Of a stretch of 50,739 nt of DNA, positions 10,270-19,441 are shown piece after piece. How positions within the stretch are numbered: position 1 is the first letter of the stretch; every line of letters begins with the position of its first letter. This DNA comes from a virus (taxonomy: Duplodnaviria > Caudoviricetes), in the IMG/VR virus record IMGVR_UViG_3300034065_000046, positions 1 to 50,739 of that record; one strand, written 5' to 3'. A model generated the notes under the pieces. It searched no databases. It worked only from the letters and a program-made list of their open reading frames with translations, and was not told where the DNA came from. A program made the position numbers and the translations under genes.

Positions 10270-10659
10270 ATGAGAACAAGTATTTTAATCAACGCAGCCG
10301 GAGCAATATTAAACGCCAAGCAAAATATCCTAATAAATGCCAGCCCTGTAAATGGTCAAGCTGCATCAAGTCTATTCCAAAATCAAATAACCTTAGAATT
10401 TTACAATGCAGTAGTCCAAGATTCCGCTGGTAATTATCAGCCATCAGGTGCAGCTGTAACCGCCGGATTAACCGGTACTATATCATTTACGGTATATAGT
10501 AGTGCTAATTCACCTTATCCGGTAACTTTACAAAATGCATCTATTGATATTTCAGTAGCAAATATATTACAGTATTATGGAATTACTGAAGCGTTAGTAC
10601 CTACGGCTACAAGTGTTGTAGGTGCTGCTTATTGCAACATTCTTTTAGATAGAGGTTAA
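10270..10659 (+). CDS. Putative virion structural protein
   Basis: GGAGG RBS; beta-rich; directly upstream of the large fibre gene. Confidence 0.55.
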   Translation: MRTSILINAAGAILNAKQNILINASPVNGQAASSLFQNQITLEFYNAVVQDSAGNYQPSGAAVTAGLTGTISFTVYSSANSPYPVTLQNASIDISVANILQYYGITEALVPTATSVVGAAYCNILLDRG

Positions 10660-10661
10660 TC

Positions 10662-13600
10662 ATGAGTAATCAATATAATAGTATAGCTGGTGTTTATCCT
10701 CCTTATCTTGGTAATTCTGGAGGAACGAGTACATCGGGATTTCAAGGTACTTATAATGCAACCACAAATACTCCAACACTGGTAAATGGAACGGGTACTA
10801 ATGGATTTTACTATTTAGTAACCGTTGCTGGTTCTAATAATCCTACTGGTGTAAATATTGCAGTCAATCACAATATTATTTACAATGGTGCAGAATGGGA
10901 AGATGGCGGCATAGCTAATAATAGCGATGAAATATCGGTAGCTACTACGTATGTATCATCATCCGGTACTGTAGCTATAGGTCAATCACTAACAACAGCT
11001 CTAGGCTACCTTGCATACCCATTAAATAGCGCAACCGAACTTAACACTGCATCTACTTTAGTTAAAAGAGATAGCTCAGGTAATTTTGCGGCAGGAGTAA
11101 TTACCGCTTCTTTAGTTGGTACAGCTAGTGGTATGGCAGCGTATAACACCGAAGTTACCTATCAACTCGGTTATTTGATAGCGGGTGACGGCACGAATGG
11201 TGCATTAGGTCAAATTCTAACTTGTAACACAGCAAATACTACTGGAGCATTTTCGTCATCTAAGTGGAATAATTTCGCATCTACTGGAACATCAACCAAC
11301 ACGCCTATTTCGATGGGATACGGTACGATGCCTGTAGTTACTGGAGTTAATAATACAGGTTTTGGATTTACTGTTTTACATTTTTTGACAAATGGTACAG
11401 ATAATACAGGTATGGGTATATTCGCTTTAAGTAGCGTTGTGAGTGGTAGTTTAAATAGTGCTTTCGGTAGTAACGCGTTAAAAAACGCAACCTCAAGCAA
11501 TAATAGTGCTTTTGGTCTTGGAGCATTATTGACATTGGCATCGAATGGAAATTCATCTGCTTTCGGGTGTAATGCTGGTCGAAATGCCACCGGAGTAGGC
11601 AATCAGCTATTTGGTTATCAGGCTGGGATGTCAATAACTACGGGCAGCAATAATACTTTGGTTGGTGGATACTTGGGAACTACCACATTAGCCAATATGG
11701 TAGTATTATCGGATGGTGCAGCCAACGTAGTTGCTCAATGGAGCGGTACAACACAAACCCAGAATTTTGTATTGGCTAGTCCAAATGGTTCAAGCGGTGC
11801 GGCAGGAATGAGAGCCTTAGTTCTAGCAGATTTACCAGCCGGAATTTCAAGTACAGGTATATCACCTTATATTGCTACTGTTACTTATAATATTGGCTAC
11901 ATAATACGTGGAGATGGTACAAACGGTAAATTAGGTCAATTACTCGAATGTAATACTAATAGTACAACTGGTGCGTTTAGTAGTAGCGATTGGAATAACG
12001 TAATTGATGTTAGCTCAACACTATCTGGGGTATATATAGGGCTTAATGCCGCACCAAATGATGCCAATGGTCAGACCGTTGCTGTAGGTGTTAATGCGTT
12101 ACAATCAATGTCTACTGGCTATGGCTGTACTGCTGTAGGTTTTACATCAGGATATAGTGCAGCAGCATCTACATATAGCTCATTCTTTGGTTGGGAATCA
12201 GGCGGTGTATTTAATGGTACTCAAGGTACATTTATTGGATACAATTCTGGTAGTGCTGTAACGGCTAATTATTCAGTTTATGTAGGTTCATATATAGGTG
12301 CTGGAGCAGATATTACTACTCCTAATCAAGTGGTACTTGGCGATGGTCAGGGTAATAAAGTAGCATCATGGTCAGGTACAACGCAAACTGCCAACTTCGG
12401 TATGTTTAGCCCTAACGGTACTACTGGTGCAGCTAGTATGCGGGCTATGGTAGCCAATGACTTACCAGCAACATTAAATGCTACAGCATTTAGCAGTGCG
12501 ACAAATCCGGTATTACGAGCTATTAATACTGGAGCATTAAGCACTACTGGCGGTGCGGCAACACAAAACGTATGTGATAGCGGAGCGGCTATTACAAATA
12601 CAAGTAGATTAGGTTCGTTCTCATTTGCAGCAGCATATGATACTTCGCATACCTACAATGTAGGAGCAGCCTTAAGAGCATTTGCAACAGAAAATTGGTC
12701 AAGTACAGCTAATGGTACGCAATTACAATTATTAGTTACCGCTAACACTACATTAATTCAAACTGCTGCTTTAACCCTTAATCAAGATGCATCGGCAACA
12801 TTTAATAATACAGTAACCGCTACAACATTTATAGGTGCTTTAACAGGCGCATCAACGCAGATAGGTACAACCACTCAGGCAGCATCATCTAGTACGTTTC
12901 GGATGCTTATGGTTCCACTTAACTCCACTGCCAATCAGGTAGTATCTGTTAGTGCGCCTAGTTACGTACCATCAACTGGTATATTTACAGTACCCACATT
13001 ATCAGCTACTGGTAGAATTACTTGCGTAACTAATATGACCGTAGAAAATAATACAGGAGTACCACAAATATTTACCTCACAAGATACGGCTTCACCAATA
13101 ACAAGCGGTAATTCTTTAGGGCAGTGGCTTGCAAAATCTTATTCAGGTTCGATTGGTACATTTACCGGAGCAATGATTAATAGTAATGCAACTGGTACAT
13201 GGAGCGGTACATCATCACCGGCTAACTGGCAATTCTTTACTTGTCCGGTAGGTTCTACTACTGCGCTAATTTCATTAACACTTAATTCAGACCAAACAGC
13301 TAGTTTTGCTGCTGCAATTACATCAGCAGGCAATCCTGTACCTACGCAAACAAGCGGTACATTTACACCGGTATTAGCTGGGTGGACAAACGTAGGTTCT
13401 GCAACTGTAACTGGTGATTGGATAAAAACAGGTAATTCAATGCTTGTCAATATTACGATTGTGCCAGCAACCTCAGTATCAAGTACAGCTATTACTTCAA
13501 CGATTACAGGATTACCACAAACGGTATCTACTAACTTCTCTTGGAATCTAAGCGTATTAGATACAACTACACTTGTGGGATTAGGTACTGCGTCAGCTTT

Positions 13601-13685
13601 AAAAAATACAACTACTATACAAATGCCAGCTATAGGAGTTACAGCGGACACAATAGTAATATCCGGCAGTTATAGTTTGGTATAA
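10662..13685 (+). CDS. Tail fibre/spike protein 2 (1007 aa) with internal tandem duplication
   Basis: N-S/T-A-F/V-G beta-roll-like repeats; duplicated GDGTNGxLGQxLxCN modules; segments shared with fibre 1. Confidence 0.75.
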   Translation: MSNQYNSIAGVYPPYLGNSGGTSTSGFQGTYNATTNTPTLVNGTGTNGFYYLVTVAGSNNPTGVNIAVNHNIIYNGAEWEDGGIANNSDEISVATTYVSSSGTVAIGQSLTTALGYLAYPLNSATELNTASTLVKRDSSGNFAAGVITASLVGTASGMAAYNTEVTYQLGYLIAGDGTNGALGQILTCNTANTTGAFSSSKWNNFASTGTSTNTPISMGYGTMPVVTGVNNTGFGFTVLHFLTNGTDNTGMGIFALSSVVSGSLNSAFGSNALKNATSSNNSAFGLGALLTLASNGNSSAFGCNAGRNATGVGNQLFGYQAGMSITTGSNNTLVGGYLGTTTLANMVVLSDGAANVVAQWSGTTQTQNFVLASPNGSSGAAGMRALVLADLPAGISSTGISPYIATVTYNIGYIIRGDGTNGKLGQLLECNTNSTTGAFSSSDWNNVIDVSSTLSGVYIGLNAAPNDANGQTVAVGVNALQSMSTGYGCTAVGFTSGYSAAASTYSSFFGWESGGVFNGTQGTFIGYNSGSAVTANYSVYVGSYIGAGADITTPNQVVLGDGQGNKVASWSGTTQTANFGMFSPNGTTGAASMRAMVANDLPATLNATAFSSATNPVLRAINTGALSTTGGAATQNVCDSGAAITNTSRLGSFSFAAAYDTSHTYNVGAALRAFATENWSSTANGTQLQLLVTANTTLIQTAALTLNQDASATFNNTVTATTFIGALTGASTQIGTTTQAASSSTFRMLMVPLNSTANQVVSVSAPSYVPSTGIFTVPTLSATGRITCVTNMTVENNTGVPQIFTSQDTASPITSGNSLGQWLAKSYSGSIGTFTGAMINSNATGTWSGTSSPANWQFFTCPVGSTTALISLTLNSDQTASFAAAITSAGNPVPTQTSGTFTPVLAGWTNVGSATVTGDWIKTGNSMLVNITIVPATSVSSTAITSTITGLPQTVSTNFSWNLSVLDTTTLVGLGTASALKNTTTIQMPAIGVTADTIVISGSYSLV

Positions 13686-13689
13686 AATA

Positions 13690-13989
13690 ATGGAAGAACA
13701 ATTAAATAAAATTTATCAGCAAATTAGACACCATTCAGAAGCAATGGAGAATAAAATGCAAGTACTTAATGGCAAAATAGTAGCTATGGAATCCAAATTA
13801 ATAGGTGCTATGTGGATAAGCGGGTTATTAATGCCTTGTTTATTAGCTTTAGTAATATATGTATGGTCAGATGCAGTTTCTAAAACAGAAAAAAACGATA
13901 CGAATTTAATTACTTTACAGCAGAATTTTGCGGTACTGCGTGAAGATTTTGATGTAAATTCTATTTTACGGGATAAGAAACATGATTAA
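13690..13989 (+). CDS. Single-TM lysis-cassette protein (holin/antiholin-like)
   Basis: Coiled coil plus one hydrophobic segment; first gene of the lysis cassette. Confidence 0.45.
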   Translation: MEEQLNKIYQQIRHHSEAMENKMQVLNGKIVAMESKLIGAMWISGLLMPCLLALVIYVWSDAVSKTEKNDTNLITLQQNFAVLREDFDVNSILRDKKHD

Positions 13990-14167
13990 GAAATATTTAA
14001 CACAATGGTTAGATACTACACTAGATTTGTTATTTAATCACGTACTTACACTTACATCTTTAATCGCTGCATTTGATGTTTTCGGTAAAATGGCTTTACC
14101 GCTCCATGCTACAGAAATACATAGTATAACTATCGGTATGTTGGCAGCCATGCGAAAAGGTATGTAG
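13982..14167 (+). CDS. Putative holin
   Basis: 61 aa, two hydrophobic stretches, basic C-terminus, upstream of spanins. Confidence 0.45.
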   Translation: MIKKYLTQWLDTTLDLLFNHVLTLTSLIAAFDVFGKMALPLHATEIHSITIGMLAAMRKGM

Positions 14168-14698
14168 ATGTTAGATACTAATTTAATCAAGATATTAGCC
14201 TTATTAGTAACTATTGGTACTTATACGCTCATGGTCTATGAGAAAGGGTGTAGAGATACAGAGAATACCGAGCAATTAAAAGCTAAAACACTACAACTTG
14301 CCAATGATGAAAAAATCATGGAGATGCAATCAGATGCAATCACTCAATTAAATTATGCACTTAGTTTATCAGAATCAACTAATCAATCAGTAATGGAGGA
14401 ACGCGATGCAGTTACGAAAGAATATAATTACCAAAATGATGTTATCACGATGTATCAAAAAAAACTTAATACTACTTGCAATCCTGCCACTATGGAGTTG
14501 CGCCTTATTCAAAAGCTCACCGAGCCAACCAGTAGTGCAACAATGCTCCAAGCCAGTACCACTACCAGCAGCATTACAAATACGGATAGAGTCGCCACCA
14601 ATGCCGGAATATTACGTTATATCTTCGCTCTCCGAGAGTGGGGTATAAATTGTATGAATGAACATAATACAACTATTGATTATATGGGAAAAAGATAA
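14168..14698 (+). CDS. Inner-membrane spanin (Rz-like)
   Basis: N-terminal TM, coiled coil, C-terminal Cys; contains an embedded lipoprotein gene. Confidence 0.8.
   Translation: MLDTNLIKILALLVTIGTYTLMVYEKGCRDTENTEQLKAKTLQLANDEKIMEMQSDAITQLNYALSLSESTNQSVMEERDAVTKEYNYQNDVITMYQKKLNTTCNPATMELRLIQKLTEPTSSATMLQASTTTSSITNTDRVATNAGILRYIFALREWGINCMNEHNTTIDYMGKR
14436..14648 (+). CDS. Outer-membrane spanin (Rz1-like lipoprotein), embedded in Rz in the +1 frame
   Basis: KKNLILLAILPLWSC lipobox followed by a Pro-rich mature region. Confidence 0.8.
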   Translation: MMLSRCIKKNLILLAILPLWSCALFKSSPSQPVVQQCSKPVPLPAALQIRIESPPMPEYYVISSLSESGV

Positions 14699-14937
14699 TG
14701 AAAACATTAAAAGAACACAACGAGGAATTATTAAGAAAAGATAGAGCTGACGTAGCTTGTGATAAATGTGGCGAGGAAATGTATTATAGTAATTCAAATA
14801 TTCATATTCAGCATATTATGGATAAAACAGTAAAAGTTATGTGTCATAAGTGTAACTACACTGGATTAAAAATAAAGCCACCATTTTTATCATTAGCTTC
14901 GGATTCAAAAAGTATTGCAGAAAGTATCACATGCTAG
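14698..14937 (+). CDS. Zinc-ribbon protein
   Basis: CDKC...CHKC. Confidence 0.6.
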   Translation: MKTLKEHNEELLRKDRADVACDKCGEEMYYSNSNIHIQHIMDKTVKVMCHKCNYTGLKIKPPFLSLASDSKSIAESITC

Positions 14938-14947
14938 GATATTACAT

Positions 14948-15040
14948 ATGAAGAAGTTTTGGAAAATATTACATGCTGTAGTTATGTTATCTGCGTTAGC
15001 ATTTATGATACATGTGATGCTTACATTCGGGCAATTATAA
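14948..15040 (+). CDS. Small membrane peptide (30 aa)
   Basis: AGGA RBS; MKKFWKILHAVVMLSALAFMIHVMLTFGQL. Confidence 0.45.
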   Translation: MKKFWKILHAVVMLSALAFMIHVMLTFGQL

Positions 15041-15056
15041 AATATCACACTTCATT

Positions 15057-15074
15057 ATATAAAATGATATAATA
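15057..15074 (+). promoter_or_regulatory. Extended -10 promoter ATATAAAATGATATAATA
   Basis: 18 nt identical to 39736-39753. Confidence 0.6.
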
Positions 15075-15125
15075 CGTCTATGCATCGCACCTATTTAATT
15101 ATAATTAACTTTTAAGGACTTACAA

Positions 15126-15398
15126 ATGAAAAAACTTTTAGCAATTGTTCTATTTTGTTCTATGGCAATCGCTTTTGCCGTTACTTATCCGGTAGCTGGA
15201 TTGGGTAATTTAGTACAATACAATGGAGCTTGGAGCAGAACCACTCAATATAATATCAAGGCTATTAAAGGTACATACTATAATGCAACTCCAGTAGTTG
15301 AAAGCGGTAATATATCTTATGTATTGAATAATGAATCTACTCCGGTACTTGGCGAATCCCCTGCGGCTAATCCGCAAGCGTGGGATGTATTGAATTAA
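15126..15398 (+). CDS. Secreted small protein with CBM5/12-like module
   Basis: Signal peptide MKKLLAIVLFCSMAIAFA; W-x5-Y...P...W pattern; own promoter and terminator. Confidence 0.6.
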   Translation: MKKLLAIVLFCSMAIAFAVTYPVAGLGNLVQYNGAWSRTTQYNIKAIKGTYYNATPVVESGNISYVLNNESTPVLGESPAANPQAWDVLN

Positions 15399-15416
15399 TT
15401 TCCTTAGCACACAACT

Positions 15417-15442
15417 AGCCCACTTTAAAAGTGGGTTTTTTT
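15417..15442 (+). terminator. Intrinsic terminator
   Basis: AGCCCACTT/AAGTGGGTT stem followed by a T tract. Confidence 0.75.
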
Positions 15443-15455
15443 ATAGGGTTTTAAA

Positions 15456-15917
15456 ATGGCAATTAATCAAGTAAATAAATCAGGTGAAGATTTAATAATA
15501 GGCAATGAGGGAGTAAAGTACTTATACTATAAAGATGATAAGGGATATGGCACTATAGGAATTGGTCATTTAGTTTTGCCTAATGAATATTATTTAAAGA
15601 CAGCTCACCTTAATGAGCGACAAGTAATGGACTTATTCTATACTGATTTAAAACCTCGTGAAGAATGGTTAGTTACCAATACTGCTAAGTGGATAACACC
15701 AATTACACAAGGGGAATTTAATGGTTTATGTTCATTTTTATTTCAATATGATATTTATAAATACCCACAAACTAAAAATATAATAATATCTGGGAATAGG
15801 CAAGAAATAATTAATCATATAAAAATGTTTGAGAGCGAAAGCCCTGAGAATCACGATATGAAATTAGTGCCACGCAGGGATAGAGAAATAGCAATGTTTC
15901 TAAGTCAAGAGCCGTGA
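15456..15917 (+). CDS. Endolysin, GH24 phage lysozyme
   Basis: EG-x6-D-x5-TIGIGH catalytic motif; C-terminal LVPRRDRE. Confidence 0.9.
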   Translation: MAINQVNKSGEDLIIGNEGVKYLYYKDDKGYGTIGIGHLVLPNEYYLKTAHLNERQVMDLFYTDLKPREEWLVTNTAKWITPITQGEFNGLCSFLFQYDIYKYPQTKNIIISGNRQEIINHIKMFESESPENHDMKLVPRRDREIAMFLSQEP

Positions 15918-16018
15918 TTCTCATGGAATCCATAATCTATTTCAGCTTGTTTACGTGCTGCGATTGCATCATCTAAATTAGCAATTACCAGTATCCGATA
16001 TGGCTTTGAATCTACTAA
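15905..16018 (-). pseudogene. Remnant of an AP2-domain (HNH-AP2) endonuclease C-terminus
   Basis: Reads LDDAIAARKQAEIDYGFHENHGS*; no start codon, in-frame TGA directly upstream. Confidence 0.6.
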
Positions 16019-16181
16019 TCAGGTTGTGGGATTTTTAGCAATGAAAAAAGCCAGACTGAGGTTCAAAATCAAAATCTGGCTTCTAGTAAAAACGAAGAAG
16101 TCCCGCAGCAAGCACCTTAAATAATTGCTGCTGGTACCCTGTTCGCGCAGGGTATCTTCACCCAATATTATACCAGAATTA

Positions 16182-16532
16182 TTAAACCGGACTCGGTTCT
16201 TTAGCTTTGGTATTTTCTGCTTCATTGGCTATATCAGCCGCTACCTGTGCAGCAACCGCAATAGCTCTGTCTGAATACCATTTCTCAGCGAATAATACAG
16301 CATCGGCACTTGTTTGTTTGCCAGTAGCTATAATCTCCTTGCCAAATTTAATAGTAAACGTTGGAGGATATATTGCCTGTCCGGTAATATTTATTAATAA
16401 TGGTGCGCCAATCCATAACGTACCAAATGGTGTTTCGGCAGTCTGAATTGATACCCTGATAGCTTGTTCACCTGTAGGCAAGACCTTTTCTTCTTCCTGA
16501 GGTTGCGCTTTCCAATTTTGTTTTATACTCAT
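16182..16532 (-). CDS. Hypothetical protein, paralog of 16824..17264
   Basis: Shared NW...TPFG...FAEK pattern. Confidence 0.75.
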   Translation of the reverse strand: MSIKQNWKAQPQEEEKVLPTGEQAIRVSIQTAETPFGTLWIGAPLLINITGQAIYPPTFTIKFGKEIIATGKQTSADAVLFAEKWYSDRAIAVAAQVAADIANEAENTKAKEPSPV

Positions 16533-16612
16533 GTTTTATACCTTTAAAATGTTAAGAATGCCAAAGCCAAAGCCCAAAAACCTTGAATTCAGCTTTTAGT
16601 AAACTATACCAA

Positions 16613-16822
16613 TTAGGGCGTAGGCGTAGCTACCACCGGAGCTACTTCTGTAACTGGAGTAGGAATTATCGCTACAGGAGTTGGGGTTTTAAAAAGAGCG
16701 TGTAAATTTGATATTAAAAGTATATCTTCTTCCTTAAGTTCTACCTCCAAAGATAAGAAATACGCCTTTAATTCTGCATACTTGGCTTTAACCTCAGTTA
16801 AATCAGTTGTTATATTCAACAT
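16613..16822 (-). CDS. Hypothetical protein with Pro/Thr-rich tail
   Basis: ATG 16822 after GGAGG RBS, next to the upstream stop. Confidence 0.6.
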   Translation of the reverse strand: MLNITTDLTEVKAKYAELKAYFLSLEVELKEEDILLISNLHALFKTPTPVAIIPTPVTEVAPVVATPTP

Positions 16823-16823
16823 A

Positions 16824-17264
16824 TTAACTACCTCCATCTGTAGCTGGAGCGTTATCAACTGGCGTGGGCTGTTCATCTGTAGTAGCAGGAGTTGATTCAG
16901 CAGGCGGCACGGCATCACTATTAGGCGTTGCGGCATCAGCGGTAGCAGCTTCAGCATCTTTTATTCCCTGTAATAACGCTTGTGTACGTTGGTTATTTAC
17001 TTTTTCAGCAAATGCTTGGGCTTCTTCTTGGGATTTTTGTTGAGCAGTAATACAATTACCCTCCCAAAGCACACTGAATGGTAAATCGAATTTCTCACCA
17101 GTTTGAGCGGTAACGGTGGTTTGACTAATAAAAAACATACCAAATGGTGTGATAGCTATTTTACATCCTACGTGTGAGATAACTTCTTTGGTGCTTGGTA
17201 GTGTATCGTTAATGTCTGGGCGTGATTGCCAATTAAGTTTAGGTGCTACGGTGTTTTGTTCCAT
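16824..17264 (-). CDS. Hypothetical protein, paralog of 16182..16532
   Basis: GAGG RBS; LNW...TPFG...FAEK; acidic Pro/Ala/Thr tail. Confidence 0.75.
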   Translation of the reverse strand: MEQNTVAPKLNWQSRPDINDTLPSTKEVISHVGCKIAITPFGMFFISQTTVTAQTGEKFDLPFSVLWEGNCITAQQKSQEEAQAFAEKVNNQRTQALLQGIKDAEAATADAATPNSDAVPPAESTPATTDEQPTPVDNAPATDGGS

Positions 17265-17370
17265 TTTTAAATTCCTCTTGTTAGTTAAAGTTTAGTAATT
17301 TAATGACCGGATTGCGTGTATATAATATGGTTATTTTATACTCCGGTCACATTGTGAGAGTTTTATTATA

Positions 17371-17601
17371 CTACTTCATAATGGTTCTCCAATAAAAATT
17401 GTTAATATCTTCTTCACCACTTGCCAATAGTTTTTGTATTTGATAAGCAGTAAATCCAGTATCCTTAATGGCTTCTGCAATACTCCGGTACGATATTGTT
17501 ACATCATCTTTGGTGCGAGAACACGCTTTTATACCTCTTGGGATTTTTTGCGTTTGGGTATCCCTAGCACTTTCTATTGCTGCCGCAAGTATGTGGTTCA
17601 T
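17371..17601 (-). CDS. Stand-alone NUMOD1-like HTH protein
   Basis: YRSIAEAIKDTG...IQKLL...FYW. Confidence 0.55.
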   Translation of the reverse strand: MNHILAAAIESARDTQTQKIPRGIKACSRTKDDVTISYRSIAEAIKDTGFTAYQIQKLLASGEEDINNFYWRTIMK

Positions 17602-17676
17602 AGGTATATACTACCATTGATTAGATAAACCACTACAGCTATTAAGCTAACACAAAATATTATAAATATACATTCC

Positions 17677-18117
17677 TCAAATGCGTTCATCAGTTTGGTT
17701 GCTTTCATAATGTGTTTGACATTCAGCCTGAATTCGCTCTAATTTAATAAAATTGGTATTTGGGAATAGTTCTTTATCGTCATAATAAGCAATCCATTTA
17801 TTATAAGATAGATAAACAATTTTATATTCTTTTAAACCATCATCATATGCCGCAAAAGTTAATAATCCTGCATTATCTAATTGCGCCCAATATAATTTTC
17901 TAGGCGTTACACTTAAATCTAATTCAACCCTGAATCGATTGGGAGGGCAATAGGTAAATTTACCGCACTCATCACACAGTAACAATGAACCATCTTCTGC
18001 AATAGCGAATGACTCCATATCGCAGTACATTAAATCCTTAGCCCATTCTTCATTTAAAGCTATTTCACTCATATCGGCTAATAACTTGGTTTCTTTATCG
18101 TAAACATTAAATTTCAT
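17677..18117 (-). CDS. Hypothetical phage protein
   Basis: ORF overlaps neighbours in an operon; C-terminal LYW...CQTHYE module. Confidence 0.65.
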   Translation of the reverse strand: MKFNVYDKETKLLADMSEIALNEEWAKDLMYCDMESFAIAEDGSLLLCDECGKFTYCPPNRFRVELDLSVTPRKLYWAQLDNAGLLTFAAYDDGLKEYKIVYLSYNKWIAYYDDKELFPNTNFIKLERIQAECQTHYESNQTDERI

Positions 18118-18265
18118 TCATAACCTCATCAACATCTTTTATCATTGGATTGTGGGTAATTGGGTTTTGCCGTTGCTCTAAAACTTCTAATCTATTAAAT
18201 ATTTCAAGTAGTGCAACATTTATATCCACGCCATCATATTTTTTTAAATATTCTTCTCTTGTCAT
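18107..18265 (-). CDS. Small hypothetical protein
   Basis: GGAG RBS; ATGA overlap with the upstream stop. Confidence 0.5.
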   Translation of the reverse strand: MTREEYLKKYDGVDINVALLEIFNRLEVLEQRQNPITHNPMIKDVDEVMNEI

Positions 18266-18447
18266 TTTATAACTCCATAAAGTAAAATTCCTAAGCAAAA
18301 TAAGCTCAATATACCCCATGTAATTGTTTGCTGTTTCATGTAAAATTCATTCTTCCAGCCACGAGGTAATGCTATAAATATTGCAATGCAGCAAAATAAT
18401 ACAGATAGCAAAATAACAAATAGGATTGTTTGTAATAGTAGTATCAT
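18262..18447 (-). CDS. Small two-TM membrane protein
   Basis: Two hydrophobic segments; ATGA coupling. Confidence 0.6.
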   Translation of the reverse strand: MILLLQTILFVILLSVLFCCIAIFIALPRGWKNEFYMKQQTITWGILSLFCLGILLYGVIK

Positions 18448-18809
18448 ATTCTTTCCAATCTACAAATACAACGTGGATTAAGTTTGTCTTTAAAACGCTT
18501 ATCTACCGTTACTATAACTATCTGACTATCGTCTATACCGATGGCACGGCAAATACCGTCTTGTAGGGCTTTATATGCAGCTAATATATTATCGCAATCC
18601 CTAGACTTCTTATCACCATATATAACTTGTAAAGTCATGTGTAATAAATCATTCTTACTAAGTGGAAAGTAATTCATCATAACCTCTTTAGTTGCATAAA
18701 ATCCGTACTCTTGGTCTGACTTTTTAACCGCTAATGTTTTACTCCAATGTAAGCCATTTTTTTTGTTAGGGAATAATTCTGGTGCAGGAAGTTTAGTAAC
18801 TATAATCAT
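18444..18809 (-). CDS. rusA: RusA-like Holliday junction resolvase
   Basis: RDCDN...KALQDG...IDDSQI motifs. Confidence 0.85.
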   Translation of the reverse strand: MIIVTKLPAPELFPNKKNGLHWSKTLAVKKSDQEYGFYATKEVMMNYFPLSKNDLLHMTLQVIYGDKKSRDCDNILAAYKALQDGICRAIGIDDSQIVIVTVDKRFKDKLNPRCICRLERI

Positions 18810-19297
18810 TTTATAAAATTCCTTATAAATAATTCAAAATGTTGCTGTGCTGCCTGTTTGGCAGATTCTAATGTGGTAAATGTATCTGGAATACCTCTTA
18901 TTGATTCCTCCATTCCACGCCCGCTAATAGATAATTCATATTTACCATTATAACATCGTATAAAGTAAGATAAGCATACCCCACACCCGATTACCTTATA
19001 TATTTCACACTTTAATGTACGACTACCATCTAATCTTCTCCACTCTAACTGCTTTATCTCAACCTCTGGCTTGAGATTATATAACAGAGTTATAGCTTCG
19101 GCAAATTCGTATGCATATTCAGCAGCCTTACCTCTTACTAAATTATCACCCTTATAAGCCAATATTCCAGTCAATGCACTTATTGCTATTTCATCAAGTA
19201 AGGTTTTCTCTGGTACAGATACTAATGGTATCTCTTTGGCGTAACATTCTATACAATACGTGTGCGTACATTCATCATTACATCTACAGCATTTCAT
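18806..19297 (-). CDS. Hypothetical protein with N-terminal zinc finger
   Basis: CCRC...CIEC; LLDEIAISALTG; C-terminal LEW...FTTLESAKQAAQQH. Confidence 0.7.
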   Translation of the reverse strand: MKCCRCNDECTHTYCIECYAKEIPLVSVPEKTLLDEIAISALTGILAYKGDNLVRGKAAEYAYEFAEAITLLYNLKPEVEIKQLEWRRLDGSRTLKCEIYKVIGCGVCLSYFIRCYNGKYELSISGRGMEESIRGIPDTFTTLESAKQAAQQHFELFIRNFIK

Positions 19298-19437
19298 TTA
19301 TTATACCCCTCACACTGTTTACAGTATATGCCACTACCGGTAAAGGTGCGACCGCATCCATGACACGTGCCGAACGGTGCGTGGAAGTCTATTAATAATA
19401 TACCAACTCTCTCAATTCTTTTGGGTTCAATCACCAT
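19294..19437 (-). CDS. Small zinc-finger protein (47 aa)
   Basis: CHGC...CKQC; AAGGAG RBS; ATGA overlap. Confidence 0.55.
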   Translation of the reverse strand: MVIEPKRIERVGILLIDFHAPFGTCHGCGRTFTGSGIYCKQCEGYNK

Positions 19438-19441
19438 TTCT

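Noticed and set aside
11210-13651. Antisense ORFs inside the fibre genes (and similar ORFs elsewhere in the track)
   Set aside because: They mirror codon bias of the sense genes and have no RBS or motifs
6069-13685. Diversity-generating retroelement or invertible fibre cassette
   Set aside because: No reverse transcriptase or invertase; shared segments differ at synonymous positions rather than specifically at adenines
16019-16225. Real 68-aa gene with TGA read-through into the AP2 tail, or genome-wide stop-codon recoding
   Set aside because: TGA and TAG end many normal genes here and coding density is high under the standard code; the ORF has no recognisable features
17304-17349. Fourth kissing-loop element (TGACCGGA/TCCGGTCA inverted repeat)
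   Set aside because: Single hairpin; no second hairpin with a complementary loop and no T tract
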